Below are positions 28,624 through 43,365 of a DNA stretch of 64,000 nucleotides, in pieces. Made by a program: the position numbers and the translations under genes. The stretch comes from Escherichia coli. GTDB lineage: Bacteria; Pseudomonadota; Gammaproteobacteria; Enterobacterales; Enterobacteriaceae. Under the pieces are notes generated by a model. That model saw nothing but the letters and a program-made list of their open reading frames with translations. It was not told where the DNA came from and searched no databases. The stretch lies in assembly GCF_036507355.1 (NCBI RefSeq), contig NZ_AP027877.1. The stretch is one strand, 5' to 3'. Each line of letters starts with the position of its first letter. The first letter of the stretch is position 1.

Positions 28624-30078
28624 TTATCGGAACGGCGGCTCATTAAAGGTTCGTAATTTACGTGAATGCAGTCGGTCGCCTTCTGCGCGCAGCAAATCGA
28701 TCGCCCGAATGCCAATTTGCAGGTGTTCGGAAATAGCACCTTCATAAAAACGGTTAGCCTGGCCGGGAAGTTTAATCTCGCCATGCAACGGTTTATCTGA
28801 AACACACAGTAGTGTCCCGTATGGCACGCGGAAACGATATCCTTGCGCGGCAATGGTTGCACTTTCCATATCAATTGCTACGGCCCGGCTTAAGTTAAAA
28901 CGAAGTGCAGAAGCTGAGTAACGTAATTCCCAGTTCCTGTCATCAGTGGTTACTACAGTGCCAGTACGTAGCCGCTGTTTAACTTCCTCACCGGGCCTGC
29001 CGCTCACCAGCTTGGTGGCGTCATAAAGCGCACGTTGCACTTCAGCAATGCTCGGAATAGGAATATCGGGCGGCAGAACCGCATCAAGAACGTGGTCATC
29101 GCGTAAATAAGCGTGTGCAAGTACATAATCGCCAATGGCCTGACTTTCACGTAATCCGCCACAGTGACCAATCATCAACCAGACATCCGGGCGTAGCACT
29201 GCCAGATGATCGCAGATGGTTTTAGCATTTGACGGTCCCACGCCAATATTCACCAGAGTAATACCCTGACCATCGGCGGTAATTAAATGCCATGCTGGCA
29301 TCTGGTGTTTTTTCCATGCAAGGTCGGAAATGGCTTCTTCTGGCGCTTCGGTTTCGGCGGTGATCCAGTTCCCGCCAGCACAAGAAAGGGCAATGTAGGG
29401 ACTATCAGGATCGAGGATCTGGCTGCATCCCCAACGAACGAATTCATCCACATAACGTGTGTAGTTGGTAAACAAGACGAACGGCTGAAAATGTTCAACT
29501 GGCGTACCGGTATAATGGCGCAACCGTGCGAGGGAAAAATCGACGCGGCGCGCATCAAAATGCGATAGCGGGGAGAATTCAGTTGGATGATAAATGCCGT
29601 CTGCAGTTTCATCGCCAATTTGCGCCAGTTCTGTTGTCGGGAAGTAGCGAGTTAACCCAGCGCTCATTGAGCGATCAAGTGTCAATTCAGAGCCATCGAT
29701 GACATAAGGATAAGGGATTTCATGCTGCGAGGGTTGCACCGAGATATGCGCACCATAATCCTGATACAGCAACGTAAGTTGTTCATTAAGATACGAACGA
29801 AAGAGAGTAGGGCGAGTAATCGTGGTGGTGTAGCTGCCTGCGTGAGTAAAACGACCAAATGCGCGCGTTTTGGGGGGATTGGTTGTGCTACCGTCCCAGG
29901 TTACGGTCAGTGATGGATAGACAAAAAGACCTTGTTTGCGGGCGTTTTCATCAGGTAATTCGCCACTTGTAATATAGTTGCCAATGGCGTTGCGTAATGC
30001 GACTACAGATTGCTCATACAGCGCGTCGAGTTTATCCAGTGCCTGAGCTGGGGTCAGACCGGAGCCCTTATTATTCAT
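28624..30078 (-). CDS. amn: AMP nucleosidase
   Basis: 484 aa from MNNKGSGLTPAQ; ORF track opens further upstream. Confidence 0.95.
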   Translation of the reverse strand: MNNKGSGLTPAQALDKLDALYEQSVVALRNAIGNYITSGELPDENARKQGLFVYPSLTVTWDGSTTNPPKTRAFGRFTHAGSYTTTITRPTLFRSYLNEQLTLLYQDYGAHISVQPSQHEIPYPYVIDGSELTLDRSMSAGLTRYFPTTELAQIGDETADGIYHPTEFSPLSHFDARRVDFSLARLRHYTGTPVEHFQPFVLFTNYTRYVDEFVRWGCSQILDPDSPYIALSCAGGNWITAETEAPEEAISDLAWKKHQMPAWHLITADGQGITLVNIGVGPSNAKTICDHLAVLRPDVWLMIGHCGGLRESQAIGDYVLAHAYLRDDHVLDAVLPPDIPIPSIAEVQRALYDATKLVSGRPGEEVKQRLRTGTVVTTDDRNWELRYSASALRFNLSRAVAIDMESATIAAQGYRFRVPYGTLLCVSDKPLHGEIKLPGQANRFYEGAISEHLQIGIRAIDLLRAEGDRLHSRKLRTFNEPPFR

Positions 30079-30179
30079 GTGTGTCTCCTGTTCCATACAA
30101 TTACCGCACATCCGATAGTATGTCACAGGAATGTGAAACAAAAGTGTAAGGCGAAGATCGGATGATCTTCGCCAGGCTA

Positions 30180-31496
30180 TCAAGCGCGTTGATTGTCTTT
30201 CATCAACAAAGCGGTTATTGCGGAAATCAGGCATCCAGCCAGCAAATAAATGGCGACGCTATGCCAGTTCCCGGCAAAGTAAGTGATGAGTGCAGCGGCA
30301 ATAAAAGGTGTAAATCCACCACCAACCACACTGGCAACCTGATAACCGACTCCAGCGCCACTATAGCGATAACTGGCACCAAACATTTCGGTAAACATCG
30401 GTTGTTGCACACACACCACCATGTCATGCGCAATGTTTGCCAGCATTATGGAGAAGAAAACTATCCAGAAAATAGATTGTGCTTCAAGCGCCATAAAGAA
30501 AGGAAATGCGCTCAACGTTCCGATCAACGCGCCTGTGATATAAACCCTGCGGCGACCAAAACGATCGGCAAGCCAGGCAAAACAGGGAATTGTCAGGCAG
30601 CTTAATCCACCTACCAGCAAACCAATATTAAGGAAAAGTTCGCGCGGTAACCCCATATTCTGAGTTGAATAATTAAGTGCAAAGGCGGTAACGATGTACA
30701 TTGTCAGCAACTCGCACAGTCGTAGCGCAATAATCTTCAGGAAAGCACCGGGATGTCGTAACAGAGCTTCGATAACCGGGATACGTTTTTTCGCGGCCGC
30801 TTGATTATGTTGCTGTTGTTCGAATTCCGCGGACTCCTCCATGCCATTGCGCACCCACAATGCTCCCAGTACCAGTACGATGCTAAACAGGAAAGGAATA
30901 CGCCAGCCCCAGCTTAAAAACTGTTCGTCAGTCGTCATCATACTGATCAATGAAACTAGTCCGGTTGAAAGCAGTAAACCTACACCGTAGCCAACTTGTA
31001 CACCGCTACTGTAAAAGGCTTTTTTATTTTTTGGTGCACTTTCAACGGAAAGCAACGCCGCGCCTCCCCATTCGCCGCCGACGGCAAATCCCTGAATGGC
31101 ACGCAGCGTCACCAGTAAAATAGGTGCCCACCACCCAATGGTCGAGAATGAAGGAAGAATACCAATCAAGGCTGTCGCGATGCCCATCATCCAGACGGTC
31201 AGCATTAACATGCGCTTACGTCCCAGTCGGTCGCCAAAGTGACCGAAAATGACACCGCCGAGCGGACGGAAAAGGAATCCGACGCCAAAGGTAGCAAATG
31301 CGGCGAGCGTTCCCATCGCCGGGCTTACTTGCGGGAAAAACTCGCGATTAAACACCAGTGCGGCGGTAATGCCATAGAGTAAAAAATCATACCAGTCGAC
31401 GACGGCACCAGCGAAACTGCCTAACGCAGCTCGTCGGGCGCGACTTAACGAAACCGTCCTTTCATCGGGACGAGTGGAGATGAGCGTGGAGTCCAT
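30180..31496 (-). CDS. shiA: Shikimate:H+ symporter (MFS)
   Basis: 438-aa MFS transporter. Confidence 0.9.
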   Translation of the reverse strand: MDSTLISTRPDERTVSLSRARRAALGSFAGAVVDWYDFLLYGITAALVFNREFFPQVSPAMGTLAAFATFGVGFLFRPLGGVIFGHFGDRLGRKRMLMLTVWMMGIATALIGILPSFSTIGWWAPILLVTLRAIQGFAVGGEWGGAALLSVESAPKNKKAFYSSGVQVGYGVGLLLSTGLVSLISMMTTDEQFLSWGWRIPFLFSIVLVLGALWVRNGMEESAEFEQQQHNQAAAKKRIPVIEALLRHPGAFLKIIALRLCELLTMYIVTAFALNYSTQNMGLPRELFLNIGLLVGGLSCLTIPCFAWLADRFGRRRVYITGALIGTLSAFPFFMALEAQSIFWIVFFSIMLANIAHDMVVCVQQPMFTEMFGASYRYSGAGVGYQVASVVGGGFTPFIAAALITYFAGNWHSVAIYLLAGCLISAITALLMKDNQRA

Positions 31497-31587
31497 AATG
31501 ATCCTGTTTGTACTGTCTTTTTATAATTAGTATGGAAAAGGTAACTCACATTGCCGTCGATCTATAAACTGAATCGCCACGGATAAT

Positions 31588-32400
31588 CTAGACACTTCCG
31601 AGCCGTTGATAATACTGGTTTTCATATTCTGTCGGTGACATCTGATCGCTGGAACCATGCCGACGCTTACTGTTATAAAACATTTCGATGTAATCAAAAA
31701 TATCGCTGCGGGCTTCTTCCCGCGTTCCGTAGATCTTTTTCTTTATCCGTTCGCGTTTCAACAACTGGAAAAAGCTTTCTGCAACCGCATTATCATGGCA
31801 GTTACCGCGACGGCTCATGCTGCCCTCCAGGCCGTGTGATTTCAGGAACGACTGCCACTCATGGCTTGTGTACTGACTGCCCTGATCCGAATGAACCAGC
31901 ACCTGTTTTTGGGGATTACGGCGCCATACAGCCATCAGCAGTGCGTTCAGGACAATGTCCTTTGTCATCCGGGATTGCATGGACCAGCCGATAATTTTGC
32001 GTGAGAACAGATCAACAACCACGGCAAGATACAGCCAGCCTTCGTGGGTCCTGATGTAGGTTATGTCCGTTACCCAACGCTTATCCGGAGCATCCGGATT
32101 GAACTGTCGCTGGAGCCTGTTGGGCGACACGATACTGGCCTCGCCTTTACGTGCCCGCGGGCTCCGGTATCCGACCTGAGCCTTTATCCCGACACGTTTC
32201 ATCAGTCGCCAGACTCTGTTCACTCCGCACTGTTGCCCGCTGTCCCGCAGATCCAGATGGATTTTGCGATAACCATAGACGCATCCCGATTCCAGCCAGA
32301 ACTGTTTAATCTGCCCTGTCAGCCTCAGGTCTGCCTGATGGCGTTGTGAATGCGGCTGCTGAAGCCAGGCGTAAAAACCACTGGGATGAACATCCAGCAC
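31588..32400 (-). CDS. IS3-family transposase OrfB (DDE domain)
   Basis: 270-aa ORF with DITY...D...E integrase-core-like sequence. Confidence 0.85.
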   Translation of the reverse strand: MLDVHPSGFYAWLQQPHSQRHQADLRLTGQIKQFWLESGCVYGYRKIHLDLRDSGQQCGVNRVWRLMKRVGIKAQVGYRSPRARKGEASIVSPNRLQRQFNPDAPDKRWVTDITYIRTHEGWLYLAVVVDLFSRKIIGWSMQSRMTKDIVLNALLMAVWRRNPQKQVLVHSDQGSQYTSHEWQSFLKSHGLEGSMSRRGNCHDNAVAESFFQLLKRERIKKKIYGTREEARSDIFDYIEMFYNSKRRHGSSDQMSPTEYENQYYQRLGSV

Positions 32401-32456
32401 CCGACAGAGCAGGCGAACAGGCCAGCAACAGGTGTTGTCACGGATAAAGGCGTACC

Positions 32457-32741
32457 TCAGTCGGACAGCTTTGCGAAGTACGCCGCGGCTTTTTTTAATA
32501 TGTCCCGTTCGTCGGTAACCCGCTTCAGCTCTTTCTGGAGACGGCGGATCTCGGCCTGAGCATCTGACTGTTCTTTATTAGCGGAAGAATCCGGACCGTA
32601 CTTCTTTATCCAGGCGTAAAGGCTGTGGGTGGTGATATCGAGACGTGTTGCAACGCTGGCAACAGAATAACCGCGATCAACAACCTGTTTGACTGCTTCA
32701 ATTTTAAACTCTTCGGGATAACGCTTACCGCTCATGGGCAC
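32457..32741 (-). CDS. IS3-family transposase OrfA (HTH)
   Basis: 94-aa ORF with HTH and leucine-zipper-like C-terminus typical of IS3 OrfA. Confidence 0.85.
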   Translation of the reverse strand: MPMSGKRYPEEFKIEAVKQVVDRGYSVASVATRLDITTHSLYAWIKKYGPDSSANKEQSDAQAEIRRLQKELKRVTDERDILKKAAAYFAKLSD

Positions 32742-32798
32742 CTCTCTTTAAGCCATCTTAAATGACTCTGAGGTGTCTGTTAAACCCGTGGCGATTCA

Positions 32799-35114
<2,316 letters not shown>

Positions 35115-35427
35115 GCTTACCTTCCCTGAACGAGCTAACATAAATGCGCCCTTTCTAGCACAGCGAAAAAATGTAAATCCTGATAGCAATATGATTGAAA
35201 ATTAATAACTTTTCGTTAGGCAGTTTTGGGTGTGAGTTGCAAGAGGGGAGACTACTGAATAACTCAAGTTTTATAATCGAGGGGAAAATGGTGATGGCGT
35301 TCATAGCAAAACGCCCTCAACCATAAAGGTCGAGGGCGCTTAAGATGTTAAAAACCCGCTATCCGTTAAAAAACAATGTTCAACTAAGGTCAGTGACATT
35401 GCACTAAAAAAGCGAATTTTTAGAATT

Positions 35428-35503
35428 TGGCTCCTCTGACTGGACTCGAACCAGTGACATACGGATTAACAGTCCGCCGTTCTACCGACTGAACTACAGA
35501 GGA
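35428..35503 (-). tRNA. asnT: tRNA-Asn (GUU)
   Basis: 76-nt exact tRNA-Asn sequence. Confidence 0.97.
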
Positions 35504-35603
35504 ATCGTGTGAACGGGGCGCATATTACTTAGCGGTACCTTGTCTGTCAACACTAAATTTCATAAGTCATTTCAATTGGTTAATTAATCTGCAACGTTGT
35601 TAA

Positions 35604-36401
35604 TTAATGAACATTCGTCGCCGAAAACGAGTCTGTATCATTAGCGTGATGCAGTCTCTGCAAAGGATCTTGTTGATAAAATTGGCAGAAACGTTGCCAC
35701 AATGAAGGGAAACGAGGAGCAAAAAGTTCTGGGGCGCTAAAGAAATATTCAGAAAGTACGGCAAAACATTCAGCAGGATCACTGGCAGCATAAGCATCAA
35801 TGCTCGCCGCATTCTCGCCAACCAATTCGATTTCTTCCTGAATGTTGTTCATTGCAGCATGAAGATCGTGTTCCCAGCCAGCAACCTCACGCAACGGAAT
35901 AAAGGGAACTCCGCTGGCGCGATCGCCGTTACGGGTGTCCAGCTTATGAGCGACTTCATGAATAATCAGGTTAAAACCAGAAGCATCAAAAGAATCTTGT
36001 ATATCCAACCAGTTCAAAACGATAGGCCCTTGCTGCCAGCTCTGACCTGACTGAACAATACGTTGGTTATGCACCAGACCGATATCGTCTTCCCATTCAT
36101 CATCGACCACAAATGGCGCAGGATAAATTAAGACTTCATGAAAACCATACAGCCATTCCAGTCCTAACTCCAGAACGGGTAGGCAAAATAGAAGTGCTAT
36201 CCGGCAGCTTCTTAATGAATCCAGTTCAAAGCCCTGTAAAGGAACAAGCCGCTTTTGCTGTAAAAAACGTTCGGCAAGAGTGACTAATTTGCTTTGTTCC
36301 TGTTCCGTCAGACACGTTAAAAGGGGGATCGATAGTGCTTCCTGCCAGGGAAGGGCAGTTTGATGTGCTGATTCTTGTACTTTCCAGGGCCACTTAATCA
36401 T
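35604..36401 (-). CDS. mtfA: Mlc titration factor A (zinc aminopeptidase-like)
   Basis: 265 aa from MIKWPWK; HEVAH zinc motif. Confidence 0.9.
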   Translation of the reverse strand: MIKWPWKVQESAHQTALPWQEALSIPLLTCLTEQEQSKLVTLAERFLQQKRLVPLQGFELDSLRSCRIALLFCLPVLELGLEWLYGFHEVLIYPAPFVVDDEWEDDIGLVHNQRIVQSGQSWQQGPIVLNWLDIQDSFDASGFNLIIHEVAHKLDTRNGDRASGVPFIPLREVAGWEHDLHAAMNNIQEEIELVGENAASIDAYAASDPAECFAVLSEYFFSAPELFAPRFPSLWQRFCQFYQQDPLQRLHHANDTDSFSATNVH

Positions 36402-36494
36402 CGTTTTGCTCGCAAACTCGTCACTTGAACAAAATTGCACGGACAGGGACTGTTAAAATGCCAAATTTCCTGGCATCATGGCAACCATCTGAAC

Positions 36495-36584
36495 GGAGAG
36501 ATGCCGGAGCGGCTGAACGGACCGGTCTCGAAAACCGGAGTAGGGGCAACTCTACCGGGGGTTCAAATCCCCCTCTCTCCGCCA
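36495..36584 (+). tRNA. serU: tRNA-Ser (CGA)
   Basis: 90-nt sequence GGAGAGATGCCGGAGCGGCTGAACGG...CTCTCCGCCA with long variable arm. Confidence 0.95.
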
Positions 36585-37153
36585 CTTTATCAATGACTTA
36601 TCTCCCGACTTCCCGCCTTGCTTTTCCTAAACAGAACAATCGTAGAATATTCTTGAAGGGTTAGATCGTCACTGTTTTCTGTTCGATACTGTGACATTCA
36701 GCACTTGATTCGCTATGGATCTGACAGGAAGCTTTCGAGCGAAAATGTGCAGTTATTCAGTCGTTTTCTTATCGCTCACCATTATTCTTTTAGACATTCA
36801 TCCTATGAAACTGCCGCAAAGTTGGTGGTGGGAACTGAAGTTGCGTAGAGAAGGGGTCAATAATTAAGTCAAAAAAGGAACGCGGCCGTCAGATTAAAGC
36901 CGCGGGACAAAGTCCATAATTTCCAAGAGTTGTTGAATTTCCCAGCTTTTTTGAAAGCCTTTGTATCATACTAACAAGTAAAAAAGGTTTAAATACCAAA
37001 ATTAACCTGTATTTTTGATAAGTCTTACCATTGTACGATTTACACAGTTTCTGCTCCTCCTTGTTGATAGTGGAAAGGGTGCATTGTGCACTTGCGTAAA
37101 CATTTATGACGCGTTGATGTCCATGGTTCACATTTCCTTGTCAGGGGATCGAC

Positions 37154-37684
37154 TTATTTGCGGCGAGGCATCATTCGTAACAGAGTATTATCTTTCTGAA
37201 TGTAGTGATGAAAGAGTGCTGCGCCAGCGTGAGCTGCGATTAAAAAGTAACCTATATTTGCCCAGGTTTCGTGAATATTTTTTATCAGTGCTTTAATTTC
37301 GCTGTTTGGGGTAACAAAGGGAGACACATTGAAACCAAGGAAACTCCACGATTTTCCACTGTAAGCCATCAAAGCAATCCCCAGCAGAGGAAGTGCAAGG
37401 AAGGTTATATAAAGCATGATGTGCATTAGCGAAGCCGCTTTCATTTGCCAGGCAGGTGGCGGTGGCACAATAGAAGGACCACTATAACGGTGTTTTATAA
37501 TCAGGCGTGGAAACATTAACACCCAAACGAATATACCCGCATTGTAATGTGTTTCTCGCATCAGCAGATAAGTACTACTACCTTTAGGAAACCAGCCACG
37601 GAGTTCCATCGCGGCATAGGTTATTGCAACGAAAAGCAGCGTTATCCAATGTAAATAAATTTGAGTTTTTGAGAATCGGTTCAT
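37154..37684 (-). CDS. yodB: Cytochrome b561 homologue
   Basis: 176 aa from MNRFSKTQ; four TM helices with conserved His. Confidence 0.85.
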   Translation of the reverse strand: MNRFSKTQIYLHWITLLFVAITYAAMELRGWFPKGSSTYLLMRETHYNAGIFVWVLMFPRLIIKHRYSGPSIVPPPPAWQMKAASLMHIMLYITFLALPLLGIALMAYSGKSWSFLGFNVSPFVTPNSEIKALIKNIHETWANIGYFLIAAHAGAALFHHYIQKDNTLLRMMPRRK

Positions 37685-38026
37685 TTTTGTAGCTCCTGTA
37701 ATTTTCACAGTCAAGCTATCCCACGAACCTTAAAAATTCCTTATACAGATGTGGTTTTAAGAATTTGTTATTTAAAAAATTGATAGTGCATATTGTAACC
37801 AGCCAATATAAGCAATGGCGTGAGCACAGGTATCTTTCTCTGTTGGCCGTATTGTGTATGGAATCCGTTATTGGTTAACTCAATGCGGGTTAGCTTATTA
37901 ATATACAGACACGTCATAGTGATGAGCGTGTCTGTAGCTAGCTTGCGTTCAGTGGCGTTTGTGGATGGACCAGTGGCAGTTATGATGACTTACTAAAGCG
38001 GCATCGAGGCGTTATCATGAGAATAC

Positions 38027-38698
38027 TCAATGAGACATCATTTCCTCGACCACTTCTTCGCTACTCAACTGATATGGATAATACGTTGGCCAGTTTTCCA
38101 TTTCATTTAATAAAGATTGCTGTGAATCATTACCCATAAAAATGTGAAAATGAGATGATTTTCGTGGTGCAATTATATGATCGCTAAATTGTATATATTT
38201 AGGGGCTTTGCTTTCAGGATCTTTACATTCGAATAAGTAACGAACGCCTTTCTTGCCTGATTTATAGGTGAGTATTTTGTATCCATCGTAATCATATTTA
38301 CAGGATGTTGTTTCATTATTTCTATGGAATTCAACAATGCCGTCCTCAATGCCAATCATCTCGATATCTGTTGCATAACCTTTGTGATAATAATCTTTAA
38401 TTTCAGCAAATGTTTTAGTTTTATCTGCATCCGCTTTCTTCTGAAAGACGGGGTCAAGTTTGCCACTTTGCAGTAAAGGATAAACGGATTGCCAGACTCC
38501 ATCCCAGTCACTGAGCGTTCGGTTTTGTACATTGGCATCATCAAAAACACCATTAGCAGCTTTTTGTTCGACCTCTGTTAAGGGTTTGCCGTGTGAGTGA
38601 TGACCATGCGAAAAGGCAGGAGCGCTAACAATAAAGACACCTAAAGCAACAGCCAGTTTGTGAAGACGAATCGCCAAAACAGTTTCCTCCAGAGTCAT
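38027..38698 (-). CDS. zinT: Periplasmic zinc/cadmium-binding protein
   Basis: His-rich N-terminus (HGHHSHG) after signal peptide; start ATG 38698 or TTG 38677. Confidence 0.9.
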   Translation of the reverse strand: MTLEETVLAIRLHKLAVALGVFIVSAPAFSHGHHSHGKPLTEVEQKAANGVFDDANVQNRTLSDWDGVWQSVYPLLQSGKLDPVFQKKADADKTKTFAEIKDYYHKGYATDIEMIGIEDGIVEFHRNNETTSCKYDYDGYKILTYKSGKKGVRYLFECKDPESKAPKYIQFSDHIIAPRKSSHFHIFMGNDSQQSLLNEMENWPTYYPYQLSSEEVVEEMMSH

Positions 38699-38713
38699 TG
38701 TATATGATGTGTA

Positions 38714-38730
38714 ATGTTATATTGTAACAT
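38714..38730. promoter_or_regulatory. Putative Zur box in zinT promoter
   Basis: Palindrome atgttata-t-tgtaacat resembling Zur operator, 16 bp upstream of zinT start. Confidence 0.6.
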
Positions 38731-38865
38731 ATGACAAAATGCAACAACTCTTAGGAGATGAGAGCATAGTTTTCTCAGGTGTACTTATCTATCTTATTGA
38801 AATAAAATGAATTATGTTGATAATTTGAGGTTGATGACAAACGAAACATAACCTGATGTGATCTG

Positions 38866-38903
38866 CGTAGGCCGGATAGGGCGCTCGCGCCGCATCCGGC
38901 AGG
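38866..38903. repeat. REP (repetitive extragenic palindromic) element
   Basis: gtaggccggatagggcgctcgcgccgcatccggcagg, typical REP consensus. Confidence 0.6.
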
Positions 38904-38933
38904 GATAACGCGTACTTTGTCGGCAATATGAAG

Positions 38934-39569
38934 TTATAGAGATAATTTGTTGTGAACCTGCTTGCGTAACCGGTTGAAAAAGGAAAGCAACTTCTTATAC
39001 CGTAAGGCTAAAAGCAGTACCGCCAGCCCAGCGTAGATGAGTGGCTGCGGTGAAATAATCTTCACTGACCACAAATAATGTATTGGGGCCAGGATCGCGA
39101 CAAGATAGACGAAGTTATGCAACTGTTGCCAGTGCTTGCCGAGTTTTCGCTGCATCGCCTGGGTTGAAGTGAACGCTAAAGCAAGCAAAATTACCCAGCT
39201 GATAATACCTAACGTTAAATAAGGCCGGGTAATTAACTCCTTACCTAATAACGCCAGATTATTCACGCCCAGCTCCAGCAATGCGTAACTTGTTAAATGC
39301 AGTGTCGCCCAGGCAAAGCACCATAATCCTAACAGGCGGCGAGTGCGTATCAATAACGGCTGTTTTGCGTAGCGTGCCATAGGTGTGATTAACAAGGTCG
39401 CCAGCAAAAATTTCAGTGCAGTGCGACCGGTAAAATGCTGAATATCTTTCACCGGATCGGCACCCAGTCCACCGTGATTGATCGCCCAGACCAGCCAGAG
39501 AAACGGCAACAATCCGGCAAGATGCAGGCAAACTTTCAGCCATGTCACCTGTTTTGCTGTCAGACGCAT
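38934..39569 (-). CDS. msrQ: Methionine sulfoxide reductase haem-binding subunit
   Basis: 211-aa membrane protein downstream of msrP. Confidence 0.9.
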   Translation of the reverse strand: MRLTAKQVTWLKVCLHLAGLLPFLWLVWAINHGGLGADPVKDIQHFTGRTALKFLLATLLITPMARYAKQPLLIRTRRLLGLWCFAWATLHLTSYALLELGVNNLALLGKELITRPYLTLGIISWVILLALAFTSTQAMQRKLGKHWQQLHNFVYLVAILAPIHYLWSVKIISPQPLIYAGLAVLLLALRYKKLLSFFNRLRKQVHNKLSL

Positions 39570-40580
<1,011 letters not shown>

Positions 40581-40682
40581 TCACACTTTTTTGTCGTTAG
40601 CCAGCAAGAGCCGTTTACTGTTAATCTGTCAGGGAGTGTCCTCCCTAACAGTAGCAGAGATCTGCTTTTACATATTTATGCA

Positions 40683-41096
40683 TTAACTGCCACGATAGGT
40701 TGAATACCCATATTGGCTAAGTAATAAAGGCACATGATAATGCTCGTTCACTTTATTAATATGAAATTCAACGGGGATCTCAGGGAAGAAACTTTCAAGA
40801 TTTTGTTTCTTGAAATAGTCCCCGGTTTTAAATACGACACGGTAATCGCCCGTAGTTGCAGTTTGCTCGGGCCACAGTGCCTTAATTCGTCCATCCTTAT
40901 CTGTTTTGGCGGTATTAAGTTGTAACCAGCCGTTGTCCGCTTTCTTTTCAAGAGTGACTGTCACGTCGGCAGCGGGTTTTCCTGTTTGCTGGTTCAAAAT
41001 GTGCACGCTAAGAATGTTTTGTTGTGCAGCATAGACCAAAGAAGGTAATGAAAATGCAGCCGTTACTACGGAGAGTACTAAATAACGCTTTAACAT
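40683..41096 (-). CDS. hiuH: 5-hydroxyisourate hydrolase (transthyretin-like)
   Basis: 137 aa, signal peptide, C-terminal YRGS motif. Confidence 0.9.
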   Translation of the reverse strand: MLKRYLVLSVVTAAFSLPSLVYAAQQNILSVHILNQQTGKPAADVTVTLEKKADNGWLQLNTAKTDKDGRIKALWPEQTATTGDYRVVFKTGDYFKKQNLESFFPEIPVEFHINKVNEHYHVPLLLSQYGYSTYRGS

Positions 41097-41228
41097 GTTT
41101 ATATCCTTGTCATGTGAATGAGTTTTGAGGATAGCGAAAAAGCGTCCAGGGTAACCTTACAGCAGCATTACAATTTTGTAATGAACCAGGCTGTTTCTAT
41201 AACATATGATTTATGGCATATTATTTTC

Positions 41229-41900
41229 ATGAAGATTTTACTTATTGAAGATAATCAAAGGACCCAGGAGTGGGTAACGCAGGGGCTTTCCGAAGCGGGT
41301 TATGTCATTGATGCCGTTTCTGATGGCAGAGATGGGCTTTATCTTGCGCTGAAGGATGATTATGCATTGATCATTCTGGATATTATGCTTCCGGGTATGG
41401 ATGGCTGGCAGATCTTACAAACGTTAAGAACAGCAAAGCAAACCCCTGTTATTTGCCTTACTGCAAGGGATTCTGTCGATGACAGAGTCAGAGGGCTGGA
41501 CAGTGGGGCAAATGATTATCTGGTAAAACCTTTTTCATTTTCTGAGTTGCTGGCAAGGGTTCGGGCACAATTAAGGCAACATCACGCTTTGAATTCAACA
41601 TTAGAAATCAGCGGCTTAAGAATGGACTCTGTTAGTCAAAGTGTGAGCAGGGACAATGTCAGTATTACACTGACGCGCAAGGAGTTTCAGTTACTTTGGC
41701 TACTGGCCTCCAGAGCTGGCGAAATTATACCCAGAACGGTTATTGCGAGTGAAATTTGGGGAATCAACTTTGATAGTGATACCAATACGGTGGATGTCGC
41801 CATTCGCAGGCTCCGCGCAAAAGTTGATGATCCTTTTCCTGAAAAGCTAATTGCCACAATCCGGGGGATGGGGTATTCATTCGTAGCGGTAAAAAAATAA
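41229..41900 (+). CDS. hprR: OmpR-family response regulator
   Basis: 223 aa from MKILLIEDNQ; receiver plus winged-helix domain. Confidence 0.9.
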   Translation: MKILLIEDNQRTQEWVTQGLSEAGYVIDAVSDGRDGLYLALKDDYALIILDIMLPGMDGWQILQTLRTAKQTPVICLTARDSVDDRVRGLDSGANDYLVKPFSFSELLARVRAQLRQHHALNSTLEISGLRMDSVSQSVSRDNVSITLTRKEFQLLWLLASRAGEIIPRTVIASEIWGINFDSDTNTVDVAIRRLRAKVDDPFPEKLIATIRGMGYSFVAVKK

Positions 41901-43258
41901 TGAAAAGATTATCTATAACCGTCCGTTTAACCTTGCTTTTTATATTGCTGCTGTCTGTTGCTGGCGCCGGAATTGTCTGGACTCTCTATAATGGCCTGGC
42001 AAGTGAGTTGAAATGGCGCGATGATACAACACTCATTAACCGGACAGCGCAGATCAAGCAGTTGTTAATTGATGGGGTAAATCCAGATACGTTACCTGTA
42101 TACTTTAACCGGATGATGGATGTTAGTCAGGATATCTTGATCATTCATGGTGATAGCATCAATAAAATTGTTAACCGGACAAATGTCAGTGATGGCATGT
42201 TAAATAACATACCTGCTAGTGAGACAATCAGTGTAGCTGGCATTTACAGAAGCATTATTAATGATACAGAGATAGATGCTTTACGAATTAATATTGATGA
42301 AGTTTCGCCATCATTAACGGTTACTGTGGCTAAATTGGCTTCAGCCAGACATAACATGCTTGAACAGTATAAAATCAATAGCATTATAATTTGCATTGTC
42401 GCCATTATACTGTGCTCAGTATTAAGTCCGCTGTTAATCCGAACGGGGTTACGAGAGATCAAAAAGTTGAGTGGTGTAACGGAAGCGCTGAATTATAACG
42501 ATAGCCGAGAGCCTGTTGAGGTTAGCGCATTACCGAGAGAACTAAAACCTCTTGGGCAGGCGTTGAATAAAATGCATCATGCTTTAGTCAAAGATTTTGA
42601 GCGTCTAAGTCAGTTTGCTGACGATCTCGCTCATGAACTTAGAACGCCAATTAATGCATTACTGGGTCAGAATCAGGTTACGCTCAGTCAAACCAGAAGT
42701 ATCGCTGAATATCAAAAAACAATTGCCGGAAACATTGAAGAGCTGGAAAATATTTCGCGGTTAACAGAGAACATACTGTTTCTTGCCAGGGCAGATAAAA
42801 ACAATGTTTTGGTGAAGCTGGACTCGCTTTCTCTCAATAAGGAAGTCGAAAATTTGTTGGACTATCTTGAATATCTTTCAGACGAGAAAGAGATTTGCTT
42901 TAAGGTCGAGTGCAATCAGCAAATCTTTGCGGATAAAATTTTACTGCAACGAATGTTATCGAATCTTATTGTTAACGCTATTCGATATTCGCCAGAAAAA
43001 TCGCGTATTCATATAACCAGTTTTCTTGATACCAACGGATCTCTTAATATTGATATCGCCAGCCCTGGAACGAAAATTAATGAGCCTGAAAAACTCTTCC
43101 GTAGATTTTGGCGGGGAGATAATTCGCGTCATTCCGTAGGTCAGGGACTAGGCCTTTCTTTAGTCAAAGCGATTGCCGAATTACATGGGGGAAGTGCTAC
43201 GTATCACTATCTCAATAAGCATAATGTGTTCCGGATTACGTTGCCGCAAAGAAATTAA
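41900..43258 (+). CDS. hprS: Sensor histidine kinase
   Basis: 452 aa; two TM helices, H-box (LAHELRTPIN) and ATPase domain. Confidence 0.9.
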   Translation: MKRLSITVRLTLLFILLLSVAGAGIVWTLYNGLASELKWRDDTTLINRTAQIKQLLIDGVNPDTLPVYFNRMMDVSQDILIIHGDSINKIVNRTNVSDGMLNNIPASETISVAGIYRSIINDTEIDALRINIDEVSPSLTVTVAKLASARHNMLEQYKINSIIICIVAIILCSVLSPLLIRTGLREIKKLSGVTEALNYNDSREPVEVSALPRELKPLGQALNKMHHALVKDFERLSQFADDLAHELRTPINALLGQNQVTLSQTRSIAEYQKTIAGNIEELENISRLTENILFLARADKNNVLVKLDSLSLNKEVENLLDYLEYLSDEKEICFKVECNQQIFADKILLQRMLSNLIVNAIRYSPEKSRIHITSFLDTNGSLNIDIASPGTKINEPEKLFRRFWRGDNSRHSVGQGLGLSLVKAIAELHGGSATYHYLNKHNVFRITLPQRN

Positions 43259-43365
43259 CATAGGGCTTCAGTACGCCATAAATTAACCGTGAAAAAACGC
43301 AGCCACGTCGTTAATACTAACGCGGCTGCGATTGATTATGCGCTTACATTAAAACGTAACAGGGA

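Larger units (their letters stand above)
31570..32798 (-). mobile_element. IS3-family insertion sequence (1229 bp), exact member not assigned
   Basis: Terminal inverted repeats TGAATCGCCACGG at both ends; orfA plus overlapping orfB with DDE transposase. Confidence 0.85.

Noticed and set aside
36585-37153. Possible island remnant downstream of tRNA-Ser (serU), a known integration hot spot
   Set aside because: Only about 570 bp separate serU from yodB, with no integrase fragment and no direct repeat of the tRNA 3' end. Judged to be ordinary intergenic sequence.
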